Shown: positions 39,612 through 54,382, numbered from the stretch's first letter. The stretch: DNA of 64,000 bases from Paraspadella gotoi (GCA_051294375.1 CM119263.1:2422876-2486875); one strand, 5' to 3'. The notes: generated by a model not told the origin, from the letters alone. Translations and numbers: made by a program.

Positions 39612-41499
39612 CAGAGAGAGAGAGAGAGAAAGAGAGTAGAGACGAAGAGAGAGAGAGAGAGAGCAGAGAGAGAAAGGAAGAGAATACATATCCAACGAAA
39701 AAAATTTCTCGGGATGGGAAAAAAATATGGGATTTTGTATTGAAAAAAAGCGCGGATAAATGGCAATAATAAAAAGTTTTAGTAAGGCAAAAAATAATCA
39801 GAATTTTTTCAAAAAAACAACGATCACGCAAAAGATCGCGACAGATAGGACAGACACACACAGAGAGACAGCAGAGACAGAGCGAGAGAGAGAAAAAGAG
39901 AGAGAGAGAGAGACAGCCGTGCAGAGAAAAAGAGAAAAGAGAAAGAGCGATATCATAATAATTAAAAAGCAGAGAGAGAGAAGAAGAGCTCTTACAAGCC
40001 CCTTTACTCGTTAAAAAATCAGCAGTACTTCATGGCGCGCACGTAGCGTGAGCTATTCTCTACCCAAAGTGAGACCCGGTTCGTGCCACTGTTCGCGGCA
40101 TCATTTTTTACATGTAGTGAACCCCACATTATATCTAAAATTTTTTTTGTAAAAAAAAAAAAAGAGAGAGAGCAGAGAGAGAGACGAGAGAGAGAGAGAG
40201 AAAAAGATAGCCTGGACAGACGCTGCAGAGCCGCGAACTCGTTTTTTTAGAGAAGCCAGTGACGGGAGAAAAAGAGAGACGAGAGAGCGAATATAATTAA
40301 AACGTTTTTGTTTTGTAAATAAAACATAAACAAAACCAATATTGAATATGAAACAAATTTACTACACCAAGAAGAATTTTAAAGATCTTGATGATTAGGA
40401 AGCCATAATATGAAAATTCAACGTCCCATGATATCACACTTTCAGGGAAGCGCATGATTGCAAAAAAGCGAACCGAAAGCTACACCGAAAAAAAATCTAG
40501 ACAGGCACGGGCTTATCCCCCGCCTGGACTCGATAATGAGGATATTTGGTTTGTTTTTTATTAAAAAGTAACACAAAACAATTTAATAACTGCCTTGACC
40601 TCAATTTTAAGGGACATCATGGATGACAAGCCCTGAATATAAATTTTATAATTAATCTATTAATTAATTAATTAATAATCTTTAATTAATTAATTGTATT
40701 AATTAATTAATTATTAATCTATTAATTAATTAATTAATCAATTAATTAATTAATTATTCGTAGGCAGATCCGACATTGGGGTTTGCTCAAACTTGTTTTT
40801 TTCCTTGTTTACCGCATCATATAGCAAAACATCATTAATTTCAAGCACCTTTCGTTTCAGTTGAAAGTGCGACAGTCACATACTCGTGAAACTGCAGCCG
40901 AGAAACAACCCTTACTAGTTGTTGTTGTTGTCGTCTTGCTTTCAATATATTTATTACCAGAGATTCAGACGCGATCCGGGAGGCGGAGTGAAACGCGCGA
41001 GGCGCATGTTTTTTGAGTGCGAACTTGGACAAGAGTCAAAAAATTGGGAGAAGGGAGGCGAATGCGGCAGGCGAAAAAACGTGCGCGTTCGCCTCTTGTG
41101 CTTTTGTTTTTATAGGCGAAAATCAAAAGGTTTTTTGCAAATTAACCTTTCTATTTGTTCAAAATATTGTTCTTTTTTTTCAAATTTAGATATGCTAAAT
41201 TCTGAACGTTTATCAGCTGCCATTTGTTTTTTTATTAACATATTTTTTATTCAATAAAAAATTGGTCTGTTTATATCTATTTATCTCATAAGTTGTACAT
41301 AAGCATATATTTTAATCTTTTCTTTTAATGCATTCATTCACTCAATTTATTCTTTTTTTATTTTAAACAAAAGAAATTAATTAAATAATTTATTAAATTT
41401 GTTAATTTATTCTTATGAATATTTAATTTTAAATCATGTATTCATTTTATATATCTATTTATTTATTTTACTTTATTGATTTTTATTAATCAAATAATT

Positions 41500-42150
41500 T
41501 TTTATCTCGCATCATTTTTTAACTTGGATCTTTTTGATTTGCGATTATATTTTAACTGGCATCATTTTTTCAACTGGCATATTATTTTTATAACATGATT
41601 ATTTTTTTATTTATATTATTTTATAACTTGAATCATATTTTGAATTTGCATTATTTTTTTTAACCTATATAATTTTTTTGAATTGCATTATTTTTTTTTA
41701 ATTTATATTATTTTTCCAACTTGCATCATGTTTTTATCTTGGATCATTTTTTAACTTGCATCATTTAAACTAGCTACATTTTTAAACTTGTATATTTTTT
41801 TTGATTTGCATAATTTTTTTAACTTACATCATTTTTTAATTTATTTCATTTTTTTAATTTACATTATTTTTGAAACTTGCATCATTTTTTTAACTTCCAT
41901 TATTTATAATATTTTTTTTATTTACATTATTTTTTATTTGTATTATTTTTTAACTACATCATTTTGGCACCTTATATCATTTTTTTTATTTTAAATCATT
42001 TTTTATCTCGCTCATTTTTTGAATGATATTTTTACTATATCATTTTTCAACTTGCTTCATTTTTTTTCAAATTGCATCATTTTTTTAAATTGCAGCATTT
42101 TTTTAAACGTGCATTATTTCTTAACTTGTATTATTTTTTTAATTTGATTA
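41500..42150. repeat. AT-rich ~20-bp tandem repeat AACTTGCATCATTTTTT(T)
   Basis: Direct periodicity; reverse-complement units at about 39000-39055. Confidence 0.8.
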
Positions 42151-43402
42151 TTTTCTTTTTTTGTATTTTTTTTTAAATTATATACCTTAAACTTATATGG
42201 TTTTAATTTTTATATTAAAAATTTATATTATCAATTTATTTTAAAAAAACAATCATAAAATTGTTACAAACAATATACAATTATCCATTTGTTGTTAGTT
42301 TGTGAAAATAATTAATTTTATTAATTAATTAATAATAAGAACTAATTAATTATTGTTTTACACTAATTAATTATTGCTATGTTCTCATCAGATCCAGCAT
42401 TGTTCTTTTTTTTATTCTAAGTAAAACAAAAAACTTTCAGCTTGAATTGAAAAACAAGAAGAAATTTTTTTCTAATCCAATAGTAAAAAGATATAAAAAT
42501 ATGGTAATATTTCTCTCTCTCAAACAACGATTAATTTTCGCGATTTTTGTTGAATGAAAGAGAAAAAAACGAAATGGGTTGTGGATGATGAGAGATGGAT
42601 GGATGGATGAATGGATGGATGAATGAATGAATGAATGAATGAATGAATGATATGAATGAATGAATGGATGAATGAATGAATGAATGAATGAATGAATGAA
42701 TGAAACGAATGAAATGAATGAATGAATGAATGAATGGATGAATGATGAATGAATGATGAATGAATGAATGAAGGGGATGAATGGATGAATGAATGAATGA
42801 ATGAATGAATGAATGGATGGATGGGAGTGGTGAGTAGAGAGAGAGAGAAAAAAAATGACCATTGGGTCCGAGTGAACTATAATTAATAATATCAAAAATA
42901 TCATAGAAATGTTTTCCCCCCCACACATTTCTCAGAAATGAAGTTTGAATATCTTTTTCTTTTCAAATTTTTAGCTTTTTCCCGCTCCGTAAATAAATTG
43001 TTCGTCAAAAGATAAAAATAAATTCGCAAAAACCTAAATATTTTTAAAACCTGAGGACCGTTAGGAGATTGAACGAGATCTCCCGAAAATAATAAAAATC
43101 AAAAGCGGATTTCAATTTTTTTTTTTAACCCGATTTTAGCCGGGCGAATCTGAGCAGGGGAGTGTTGTCTACGGCATGGGAAGGCATGGGACGGCATGGA
43201 AGGGGAGAATGTTTCGTAGGAAAGGAGATTCCTTATTGTTTCGTCGACTTATTTTGCGATTGGGGGGGGGCAGGGGGGCGAGAGAAAGAGATTCGGGTTT
43301 TGGATAAAAGATAAAAGATAAGAGGAAAAAAACAGGAGTCTGAATGAAAAGAACCTTTTGTGTCTCTCGTTCTGTCTCAGACTTTTAATATCCTCAATCC
43401 TT

Positions 43403-43441
<39 letters not shown>

Positions 43442-43617
43442 CTCTCTCTCGCTCTCTCTCTCGTGTTTACGGTCTTATTTACGTTGCCAGATTTTCCTCG
43501 TAACTTGTCTGAGCAAAATAAAAAAAAAGTCATAAAAAATATGGTTTTCTTTTCGTCCATGAGAAGCAAAGAGAAAAAAACTCGTAACTTGTATGAAGGA
43601 TTATGTTTTAAATTTGA

Positions 43618-43880
43618 GCCATGATGGCATCGGGCACCCCATGATGGCCCCGAGCACCCCATGATTCCATGATGGCATTGGACTCCCCATGATTGCACCT
43701 GGCATCCCATGATGGCACCGGACTCCCCAGGATGGCACCGTGCACCCCATGATGGCACCGGGCACCCCATAATTCTATGATGGCATTGGGATCCCCATGA
43801 TGGCACCGTGCAGCCCATGATGGAACCGGGCACCCCATGATTCCATGATGGTACCAGGTACCCCATTATTCAATGATTCG
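43618..43880. repeat. ~20-bp GC-rich minisatellite CCATGATGGCACCGGGCACC
   Basis: Direct periodicity, about 11 degenerate units. Confidence 0.88.
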
Positions 43881-45109
43881 ACGATGGTGCTGAACGCCAA
43901 ACGGGACGTCGCAAAAACAGCAGGAGTTCCTTTTTTTCGGTCAGGATTTTAACGAAGATGAATCACTAGTTGTTGTTGTTGTTGTTGTAGTTTTCGTTAC
44001 AGTTTTTGTTGTTGCTGTAGTAACTGTTGTAGGTATTATTGTTAGTGTTGTAGTCGTAGTATTTGTAGTTATTATATTTTTGTTGTAGTATCTATGTTTT
44101 ACCCCGTAAAAAAAATTCGCTGATACAAAATACAAATTAATGATTAATAAACTGTGGAAGATGAATGTTTTGTTGTTGTCAAAAACTATCATATTTCGAT
44201 GAGGCGAGTTGAGTTTGGAACCACGAACCTTCTTAAAAAATCCCGAAGTTCCGTTTTTCTCTTTCTTTTTTTCACGCCATCAATTCCTCTGGTGCAACAG
44301 TTTCGCTAATTCGTTTTTTTCCGCGAGACGCGAGACCAAAAGCCAAAAAAAATAACGCCGCAGCCGCAGCCGCAGCCGCAGCCGCTAACGCCAGCGCCGC
44401 CTCGAGCCAACGACGATTTTAAACTTCAAAACAAAAACAAAAGTCGAAAGATGAAAATAAAAGAGAAAAACTGGAAGTTCGAGGTTTAACGATCAAAGTG
44501 AAGGAAGGAGGCCAAGTTGGCTAAAAAAAATAAATGAGTAGGCCAAGATGGCCCAAGAAAGAAAGAGAGACCAAAAAAAGGCTCAAGAGAAGAGGGAAAG
44601 AACAAAATGATACTTAAGCCAAAGAGGCCAAAAAAGACGATTTGAGATCCTATAAAATTTGGTTTCCTTTTTAATCTGCAGGATAATTTCCAACGCGATT
44701 GGAGCCAATTCGGTCCTTGCAGATGGATATTGCAATACATTATAGTGTTTCACTGAGATGACCACCATACCACCATATCAAACAAGGGGACCACCATGTC
44801 TCCTCGTATGACGACGACGACGACCTTATGAAAATTACTATCTCCTCTTTGCCTTTACTACATTATTCAGAATAATTGAAAAAAATTTAAATAGTTTTTC
44901 TGTACAAAAAGATTTTAAAGGGTTGAAATTGTATATTTTTGTGTCACTTCACATGGATCAGTTTGTAATTGTGATTATTAATAATACTATTAATAATACT
45001 ATTTCTCTCTACAACGAAACTCGCGTTCCACCTCCGCTCGTAATGGATCCGACGACTAAACCATAAAAACATTCAGACCGACGATATTGATCCAGACCGA
45101 CTTTTAGAT

Positions 45110-45472
45110 CTCTGTGATCCCAACCGCCTCTTTAATTACTGTGATCCCAACCGCCTCTTGTAATCGCCATTGATCCCGACTGCCTCTTTAATCACTCTGA
45201 TCCCAACCGCCTCTTTAATTACTGTGATCCAAACCGCCTCTTTAATTATTGAGATCCCGACTGCCTCTTTAATCACTGTGATCCCAACCGCCTCTTTAAT
45301 TACTGTGATCCAAACCGCCTCTTTAATTACTGTGATCCCGACTGCCTCTTTAATCACTCTGATCCAACCGCCTCTTTAATTACTGTGATCCAAACCGCCT
45401 CGTTAATCACTGTGATCCCGACCGCCGCCTCATTAATCACTGTGATCCCGACCGCCTTTTTAATCACTGTGT
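45110..45472. repeat. 27-bp minisatellite CTGTGATCCCAACCGCCTCTTTAATTA, about 13 copies
   Basis: Direct periodicity; a unit length divisible by 3 explains the repeated-peptide ORFs on both strands. Confidence 0.93.
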
Positions 45473-46371
45473 TCCCGCCCTCCTCTTACTCCCCTCTTTC
45501 CTTTTTTTATCCTTTTTCTTCCCTATTCCTCTCTAACATCTCTATTCCCCCCTATTCCTCTCTATTTCCATCCCTCCCTTACCCCTCTTGTCATTCATCC
45601 CGTCCCGACTGAATTCTGTCGGCTTTTGACCGACGCTTCGGTCTCCTCAACCCGACCTTTGATCCTTCGCCTTTGACCGACTCCATATTATCTATTTCTT
45701 TTTTATGTCATTACTTCTTCGTTTACTATTAATAATTATAATATTTTTCAATATCTCCAAGGGTCGGAGACACTGGGTTTATGCTGGTCATTTGCTCGGT
45801 AATTTATTCGGTCAATCATTCGGTCATTCATCCGGTCATTCATCCTGACATTTTTCTTCTTTCCTACTTAATTTCCTCATTTTAATCTTATTTTCTTTTT
45901 TTTTTTTTACCCTTTGCCATTTTTTAAAATTTTATTATTTTATTACCTTCATTACTTTTTACTATATTTTCTTCCTTCTTTTTCCCCTTTTGTTCGATTC
46001 CCATTAGATTCCGTTTTGTTTGGCATCGTTTTTGTCTTTAATATTTTATGCTGGACACTAGACAAGAGACAGGGTGGCTGTACATTCCGTATAAACATAG
46101 AATATAAAGAAAAATAAAAGAATTAAAAGATGAACGTCAGTTTTATCGGTTATAAATATAAAGATAAAGAGAAGAGCCAAAAAAAATAGGGAAAAGGAGG
46201 CAGATAACCGTGAAAAAGAATGACTAAGATTAGATCGATATGATATGAGAAAGAAAAAAGGGAAAAAAAAGAAAAAAGAAAAAAAGAAAGGAAAAAAGAG
46301 CAGAAGAAAAGGGGGAAAAAATGATGAACGATCAACGGAAAGAAAAAGGGCGTGACTCTTGGGAAAATTAT

Positions 46372-46454
<83 letters not shown>

Positions 46455-49400
46455 TTAAACGTACTACTCACTGTAGCGAAATCTTACTATAGAAATCTTT
46501 TGTCATTTTTTTTTATGTCCCTTCGCAGGACAACCCTTGATCCCTTGGGGGAATTCTCGGGGATTCATCCTGGGTCAAAACTTTTGACCCACTGGGGAAG
46601 AAAGAGAAATCCGAAGCTTTCAATGTGAACCATAGAGAGAACTGGGAGTGAGATGGCGAAGAAAGAAGGAGAGAGAGCGGAAGAGATGGGAAAAGATGGA
46701 AACAGATCGAATAGAGATGGGAGATCGATTTAAAAGTTCGGGGTGCGTCGTAAATATTTCCGATTCGCATTCAAAATGGCGCATAGAAAATAAATTCTTT
46801 TTTCTTTGCGCGAAATATTTTCAGTCGAAAAATTTGCATCATAATTCCTCAAAATAGTTACTAGGAGGCGGCAACGCCTCCTCCTGCCCCTTCTCCCCCG
46901 TATCTTCCCCCTCCTCCTCATCCTCTTCCTCCTCTTTCCCACCCCCGCATTTCCCAAAGCCAAGTCTTGGCTTTCTCATCGCGCGGTCGACTTCAAAGGG
47001 CGCCGCCCTAAAAAGACTTTTTCATCGAAAAAGGTCAGGAGGCCAAAGAATGAAGGAGAAAGGTAAAAGGAAAGGAAAAGAAAAAAGGGGAAAAAAAGTA
47101 ATAGGAAAAGTGATAAGGATAGAAAAACAAAGTATTAACTAAAATAAATTTTTTTTTAACTATACACCGCATTGGCTTTTTGATTACCTGACTGCATTTC
47201 TACGTACGTAGTCACAAATATGAATCATATCTATAATTGTATATTGTACAAGCATCGTTTAACTCTCCAAGAAATTTAGTTTTACTTCAGTTATAAAGAC
47301 TTAACAATCTGTCATTGTTATCGAATTTGTTTGAAACATATGTACATTAAGCGTCACACGGTACACATTCTTTCTAACCAGCATTATCCAAAATTATAAA
47401 ATCCTAACCGAATCGTGCGCATTTGAAACAAATTAAGATAGACCAACTGATCGAGCGACCGATCGACAAGTGACTTACAAATTTGCGAAAACTCGCGTCG
47501 AAATTCGAAAGGTAACGGATGAAGGAGGAAAGTAAAAATTATAAAGAATCGACTATCAACAACAAATGCATTTGCCATATAATACCTAATAAGAAAATTG
47601 GAAAATTGAAAAGCTGTAATATATGACCCATGCTTTTACCTGGCGAACGTCTGAACAAAAACGTCAAAATCTAAAACTGAGGGTGAAAAAGATTTTCATT
47701 TGTGTTAATGTAAGTCGATAAAATATGAAATGGCAGTGAAAAATCATTTTCGGGAGAAATTGAAATGGAAAAACCTTGTGAAGCGAAATAGAAATGAAAA
47801 ATTTTTTTCGAGCGAAATGGAAATAGAAAATTAAATGAAAAATGGAATGGAATGGAAAATGTAGTGGAATGGAACGGAATGGAAAATAATATGGAAAATC
47901 CCTTTAAATCGAAATGGAACCAATGGAATAAAAAAAGAGATTAGCGCGGGGGGAAAAAAATTTCGCGAGATAATTAAAAAAAAATGGGAAAAAAATATCT
48001 TGTTGGAGAATCTTTGAGGTGAGTGAAGACTGACATCTTTGTGATGCGGGAAACTAATGAATCAGAGAGCGGGGAATGAAGAATCGGATGAAAAGAATCA
48101 AAGAATCGGACGATTCAACACTCAGATATCATATAACGGTTCTGACGGTCATCTAAGCTCCCCTTATGTGTGCTCCTAATGTAGCGGATTCGCTATCACA
48201 CACAAAACTCTCTCGTTTTTTCTGCTGTTTTTTTTTATCGTCGCTTCATGCGTTACTTCCTTCGTCGTCGCTCTCACCGTCGCAACTGCTTCCTCCATCG
48301 TTCGAATTATCGTCGTCGTTTTTGTCGATCCCGATCGTGACCGAGGAACAATTCTTTCTATTATATTTCTAAATTATATAATTTTTATATTGGTTGTACC
48401 AATTTTATATATCTAATCGCGGAGTCATCCAGTTTTTTTCTCTGTTTTTAACAGAGTGATAAAAAATTGACTTATTTTAGCATTAACCTTAACAGAACCC
48501 TTATCCCTTACCCCAATTCCAAACGCTAATCCCTAACCCTAATCACTAACCCTCTATTTAATCTTATCCCTAACCAAAACCATAACCTGAAACGCTGGCC
48601 GCAATTATTATTCGTTAGTAATCGGAAATCTGAAAGTTTTAAGTAATATAAAAAGATTATAAAAGACAAGGAAGAGGAAGTGACGGAACTAGAGGTTTAA
48701 GTAAAATAATATATTGGTTGTACCAATTTCATAAATCAGGGAGTAACAGGAGTAGCAGGAGCAGCCGGAGCAGCAGCAGCATTAAAGAGCAACGCACCTG
48801 CTGCCGTATATATCGTAGAAACGAAAGGCATTTTAGGCAGTGATTTCTATCTAGGAATTTAGCAAAAAAAACCACTTTTTTCAATATTGTTAGAATATTA
48901 CCAACAAAAATGATTAAATTTTAACTCTAAGACAAAGTTGGCTAGACTACGGATTAATTGAAATCCTCTGCTGCATTTTCTAATTAAGAATCAATGACAT
49001 TTTTGCTACTTTTAATAAAAAAAATTATGTCCATTTTTGTCCATTTTGACTTTTGTCTTGAGATTTGAATGTCAAGATCATTGAAGAAAAATTTTTTACT
49101 CTGGCTTTTGGGTTCTTCTTATCTTCTTTACCTCTGAGTTGGTTCATTTGATGTTAATCATCTATTGTTTGCCTATGAATTAATTTTTAAATTGACTAGT
49201 CAAAAACTTACATTTTTACATTTTATTACAATTTGTTAAACGAAAATACTTCAAAATGTCCACAATTCTAATCAAATATTCCCCATTGTTGGTGCTTCTG
49301 GTACCTAAAAAATTAGGGCAAAATATTTAATACTTTAGCTGGAAAAAAATTTTTAAGCCTACTTTTATTTGTGAGGATTTGTGAGGAGCGTTTTATTTGA

Positions 49401-50603
49401 ACTAAAACTCGGTTTTTGACTTATTTTATAGTTTTAATAGCTGAGAAACATACTAAAGTTGACGAATTAAAAAAAACCGCCTTCTTTTATTGAAAGGGGA
49501 AGCGTCAGCAGATTAATTTCTCTCAATCGACAGGTTTTTGCGGAAAAAATTTCCGCAAAAATCTGTCGATTTTTTAAATCTGCTTGGCAACCAAACTTCC
49601 GCTAAAATCATACACTACCCTAGATTTTTTTTCTTACATTGTGAGAATGAGAAAAAGATGAGAGAAGAGAGAGAATGGGTGAAAAAAATTGAAGGAGAGG
49701 GAGAAAGAGTGGAAAGAAATTAATATATGGGGAGAGGGGGGAAACGAGAACAATTGAGAGAAAAGAAAAGATAAGAAACAGGGAGGAAAGAGAATCAGAG
49801 AGGGAGAGAAAAACAGAGATTGAGAGGAAGGGAAATAAAGGTTAAGGAAGAAAAGAAGGGATGACACAGAGAAATATGAGGACAGAAAAATATGAGAAAG
49901 GGAGAGAAAGACAGAGAGAAAGAGAGAAAAAGAAAGAGACAGAGAGAAGGTTCAAGAGAGAAAAAAATAGTGGATAAAAAAAGGAAAACAGTTTTAAAAA
50001 TATACCGTGCCATTGTTTTGCCTAAGCAGTAGTATATCTAAAAAACGCGATAGATCTGACGAGCAATTTAATCTTTAAAAGTTCCCTTACCATGAAAAAT
50101 CGTTTTAGTTTCATCTTAATTATGGCAGATACCGTAATTAGAATGATTGTCGTAAAAGAAATCATGTCTTACCGTATTTTGAAAGCATAGAAATTCACCC
50201 AGTGAGTTCTATGTTATAAGGAGAAGATAACTATAGCCAACCGTTTTTTTAAAGAAAGAGTGTTTCATATTTATCAGTGGGAAAAAAAGAAATAATAGTT
50301 ATTTAAGTTTCAATTTCATTGTTGAAAATACCCAAATCAAAATCACTGCCTTTATCCATACATAAATTCTTAGAAAATTGATTAACAATACGATTTATTA
50401 GAACTGAACCGACCGCGTAGTCGTCGTTGTTGTCGTCGTCGTCGTTTTAAATCTCTCTCGGAAAAGAGAAAGCGTTGGTCGGTCGGTCTACCTTAAACTT
50501 CCTCTCAGCCTTTCGCTTCTCTTTTCGTTTAAAGTAAAAATAACTTTCGAAAAACTCGCGTGAAAAAAATTTTACGATAATTTATGGAAATCGATTCTAT
50601 TTT

Positions 50604-50638
<35 letters not shown>

Positions 50639-51530
50639 CATAGGAACCATAGATTATAAGAATATAAGGGTAGAGAGAGAATTAGACAAGAGGAGGAGAA
50701 TTTGAGGAGAGAGATTTAAGGAAGAAATAAAAAAAGGAGAAAGGATGAGTGAAGGGAAAAAAAGGAAAAAAAGGAGAGAAAGGTCAATGACCCCGAAAAG
50801 AAAATCTCATCACTCAGCTCTCTTTTCTCACCTCAGCTTTCATCATCGACATCTCTTTCAATGTTCAGTGTTCACGCGGGCCGACGAAGAATCCTCTCAC
50901 CAACTGGCGTCCACGTTGGAAGAGATCACAAAGTGTTAAAGTGAAAAAGGCGCGAAGCGACGGTGAAGTTAATGTCACAATTTAAGCGATGGAGCCGAAA
51001 TGCTAAAATCTATCAAGATTAAAAAGTATTAATAAGAGGATGATCATAAAATAATGAGTTAATTTTTATGAACATACATGTTAAAATCAACTTAAAATGT
51101 TAAAATTATTAATGTGAAAATTCGATAAAAATTTCACAAATGGCGAATGACCAAAATGAAGCAGATTTAAGAGCAATGTTATTAATTTCTTAAATAATAA
51201 TAATAATAATAATAATAAGGTTATTATTTTTTTAATTTTCGCTTATGTTCGCTAATCTCAGTCAAGGGAACGTTATCCCGCCAAAAAATCCGACGAAACC
51301 TCAAAGAAAAAGATCGAAGCGCCGATGCGTGACATCGAGGAAAATCCTTGACGGGAAAAAAGAGGGCGCCAACAAAAGAACAATGGACGGAGAATAAAAG
51401 GAGAAAATAAAAAAAAACCCTAAGATGAAAAGATTTAACTTTTTTTAAGTCGATAAAATCCTTCGTTTTGTCCTGATTAAACTATTTTTTTTTTTATTAG
51501 GAATTATGGGGAGAGAGGCAGGTAAAGATG

Positions 51531-51581
<51 letters not shown>

Positions 51582-51904
51582 AGGAAAGTTAAAGCAGGGA
51601 GAGAGAGACAGAAAAGGGCAGGGAAAGATGAAGCCGAGAGAAATGCGGGGAAGAAGAACGAAAGGCAGGGAAGAGGCATTAAAAGAGGGGAAAGGGCATG
51701 AAAGGCAGGGAATAGGAATGAAAGGCAGGGAATACCAAAGAAAGGCAATGATAAGGCATGAAAGGCAGGTAAAAGGAATGAAAGGCATGGAAGAGAAAAA
51801 GGCGTGAGGCGATGGAGACCGAAGTAAAGAAAGAGAAAAGACACGTGTAGTTTTCTTTTATTGCGGTCGGGTCACGTATCCTTTGACGATCCCTCGTTGC
51901 CCCG

Positions 51905-51936
<32 letters not shown>

Positions 51937-53011
51937 CCCATTTTCTATCTCTCTTTCTCGATTTCTTTGTTTCATGATATTGGTACAAGCAAAATATAAA
52001 ATTATCCATTCATTGAATAAACGAGCTATCTTGTCCCTGACTCCAACAACGCTCAGGCGGGTTAAGCCCTTCATTCCTTGAACAATATAACAATATTTTA
52101 ATAAATCATATTATTCCCAATTCTAGCATCTCTTTCTGTTTTCTGTTGGATTTTCTCTTCCAAGTTTTCTTCTTTTTAAAACAAGCGTGTTTTTCTTTCT
52201 TCCCTCATTCCGTTTTAAAAATTTCTTTTGTATTTTGTTTAAACAAAAAAAAAAACAAGAAAGAGTTTTTTTTGTTTTTTTTGTCCCAAATAAAAATAAA
52301 CTATCATTGAGGTGAGAATTTGTCTTCCTCCTCATCTTTAACCCCCGAAAGGTTTTTTTACCTTCTTCGTGTTTGTCCTCTTTGCGGTTCCCCCTTTGAT
52401 CATATCTCTCTCTCTCTCTCTCCCTCTCTCTCTCTCTCTCCCTCTCTCTCTCTCTCACAGGCAGGTGACGAATCGTAAAAAAGTGAGAATATAAAATTGT
52501 TTTTCTGTTTCGATTCATCAAAGCGGAGATTTTATTGACGTCATAAAAAATACCGAATGAAATTGCGCGCACATTTGTTCTTTTGTCTATTAACATGCAA
52601 CTCTGTTGCGCGCGCTGGGTTGATACGTGCGCCTACTCGCCGGAATTACGTCAGGCGACGACAGGTGACGACAGGTGACGACAGGTGACGACAGGTGCGG
52701 TTGCCAAGCGACCCAACATTTCCACCCAACTTCACTAACGTTGACACCTCAATTTCTCTTGACGTTCGAAGAGATTTTCTCTTCCGGTTTTTTCTAATCA
52801 AAAAGTTGAAAAGAATTTAAATACCGATGTAAATATCAATTTATTTATTAATGAATTAGAACTTTAAATTCTATTATAATGCCGTTATAACAAATAACAT
52901 TATCATGTTCTTTGGGCCATATTTTCCAAAAGCTTCCTAGGTTCAGAATTAGGTTAGGGATTAGGATAAGGATTAGAGTTAGGCAATGGGATTAGGGTTT
53001 AGTGTTGAGGA

Positions 53012-53290
53012 TTATGATTAGTGATTAAGATTAACGAATAGGGTGAGGGAATATGATTAGTGATTAAGATTAACGAATAGGGTGAGGGAATATGATTAGG
53101 GATAAAGATTAATGAATAGGGTGAGGGAATATGATTAGGGATTAAGATTAATGAGTAGAATTAGGGAATATGATTAGGGATTAAGATTGATGAGTAGAAT
53201 GAGGGAATATGATTAGGGATTAAGATTAATGAGTAGAATGAAGGAATATGATTAGGGATTAAGATTAACGAGTAGGGTAAGGGATTAAGA
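53012..53290. repeat. 39-bp minisatellite ATATGATTAGGGATTAAGATTAATGAGTAGAATGAGGGA, about 7 copies, inside a TTAGGG-like element (about 52914-53360)
   Basis: Period of 39 (units start at 53051, 53090, ...); flanked by degenerate ttaggg repeats. Confidence 0.88.
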
Positions 53291-53904
53291 TTAAAGTTTA
53301 AGGGTTAAATATTTGTTTAAAGATTAAGGTTTGATATTATTACGGCTTAACTTAAAAAGTACCTTACGTTTCCTCTTCAGGAAACCGTTAATTTATTTTC
53401 TCTTTTATTCAATTTGCGGTTTTTTTAAGGCGACGAATCCTTTACTTTTTCCGCGCGACGATAAAAATGACGGGATTTGAATTTTACGATATTGTTCAAT
53501 TAACAATTATTGTTCGTATAGAGGTATTTGACATTTACGACTGAATTACACATAACAAGTGAGGCTGGGGACTATAGCACACGGAATGACTAATTCAGAA
53601 ATGTCACGAATATTAACTAGCTTTGGTTTGTTTTTAATATTAACCGCTCTTGACAATGATTTTACATAGAAAGCGAAAAAATTAGAATCTAAGTAGAGGC
53701 ATTAAATTGAATTAAATCGTGGGTGGGAAGGATAAGAATCAAGAAAAAAAGAAAAAAGAAAAAAGAAAGAAAAGAAAGAAAGAAAAGGAAGAGGCCAAAA
53801 TTGGCCACCCGTCGAATTCAGCAGAACAAGCGATAACATTTCCCGCAGAGTGACTCGAATTTTGAAAATAAATTGATATCAGTTTTAGGTTAAAACTCAC
53901 GCCT

Positions 53905-54068
53905 TTTTTTACACGTCATAGCTTTTAAAGATAAAGTTACTATTATTTTTGATTTGTTTAAATTTAATTATTAATTTAATTTAACTTATAATCTTGCACC
54001 TTTTTTTACACGTCATAGTTTTTAAAGATAAAGTTACTATTATTTTTGATTTGTTTAAATTTAATTAT
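53905..54068. repeat. Local direct duplication of about 66 bp (53905 and 54002)
   Basis: ttttttacacgtcatag(c/t)ttttaaagataaagttactattatttttgatttgtttaaatttaattat occurs twice. Confidence 0.9.
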
Positions 54069-54337
54069 CGCATGATTAATCGTTAGTTTAATTGGCAGAC
54101 GGATTTGGTCATTTTCAAGTATGACTTGTTCCCTGATTGACTGAGTTGTTCATTAGGGTGGAGCGATGAAAAGATTGAGCAAGTGAACAATATTTTTTAA
54201 CATAAAAGTAACACAAATTATATTTATTTTATTTTCTTTATAATAATATCTTTGTGATATAAATCCTTTCTTTTCCTTGTTTGGGACAATTAGAGACAGT
54301 TTGAGTTTAGTTTTGACAACGATTTTTATTTAATTCA

Positions 54338-54382
54338 AAACAGACATGTTTCGGCTTCATTTCAAGCCTTCATCAGCGTTAG
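54338..54382 (-). ncRNA. Minimal type I hammerhead ribozyme (left pLTR copy)
   Basis: Minus strand reads ctaacg-CTGATGA-a-GGCTT-gaaatg-AAGCC-GAAA-CATG-TC-tgtt. Confidence 0.75.

Larger units (their letters stand above)
34183..42500. other. Chimeric patchwork of locally duplicated sequence; probable gap-fill artefact
   Basis: Starts at a 25-N gap. 34245-35170 duplicates 42512-43440; 35190-36330 and 37255-37850 are inverted copies of 30150-31830; 40835-40945 is an inverted copy of about 29995-30110; low-complexity noisy stretches lie in between. Confidence 0.75.

Noticed and set aside
43249-43866. 205-aa ORF with Cys/His/Trp repeats
   Set aside because: Translation of a 20-bp minisatellite plus an AG tract; no gene structure.
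45136-45612. ITVIKEAVG / TASLITVIP repeat proteins
   Set aside because: A 27-bp tandem repeat is open by arithmetic; no splice sites or homology.
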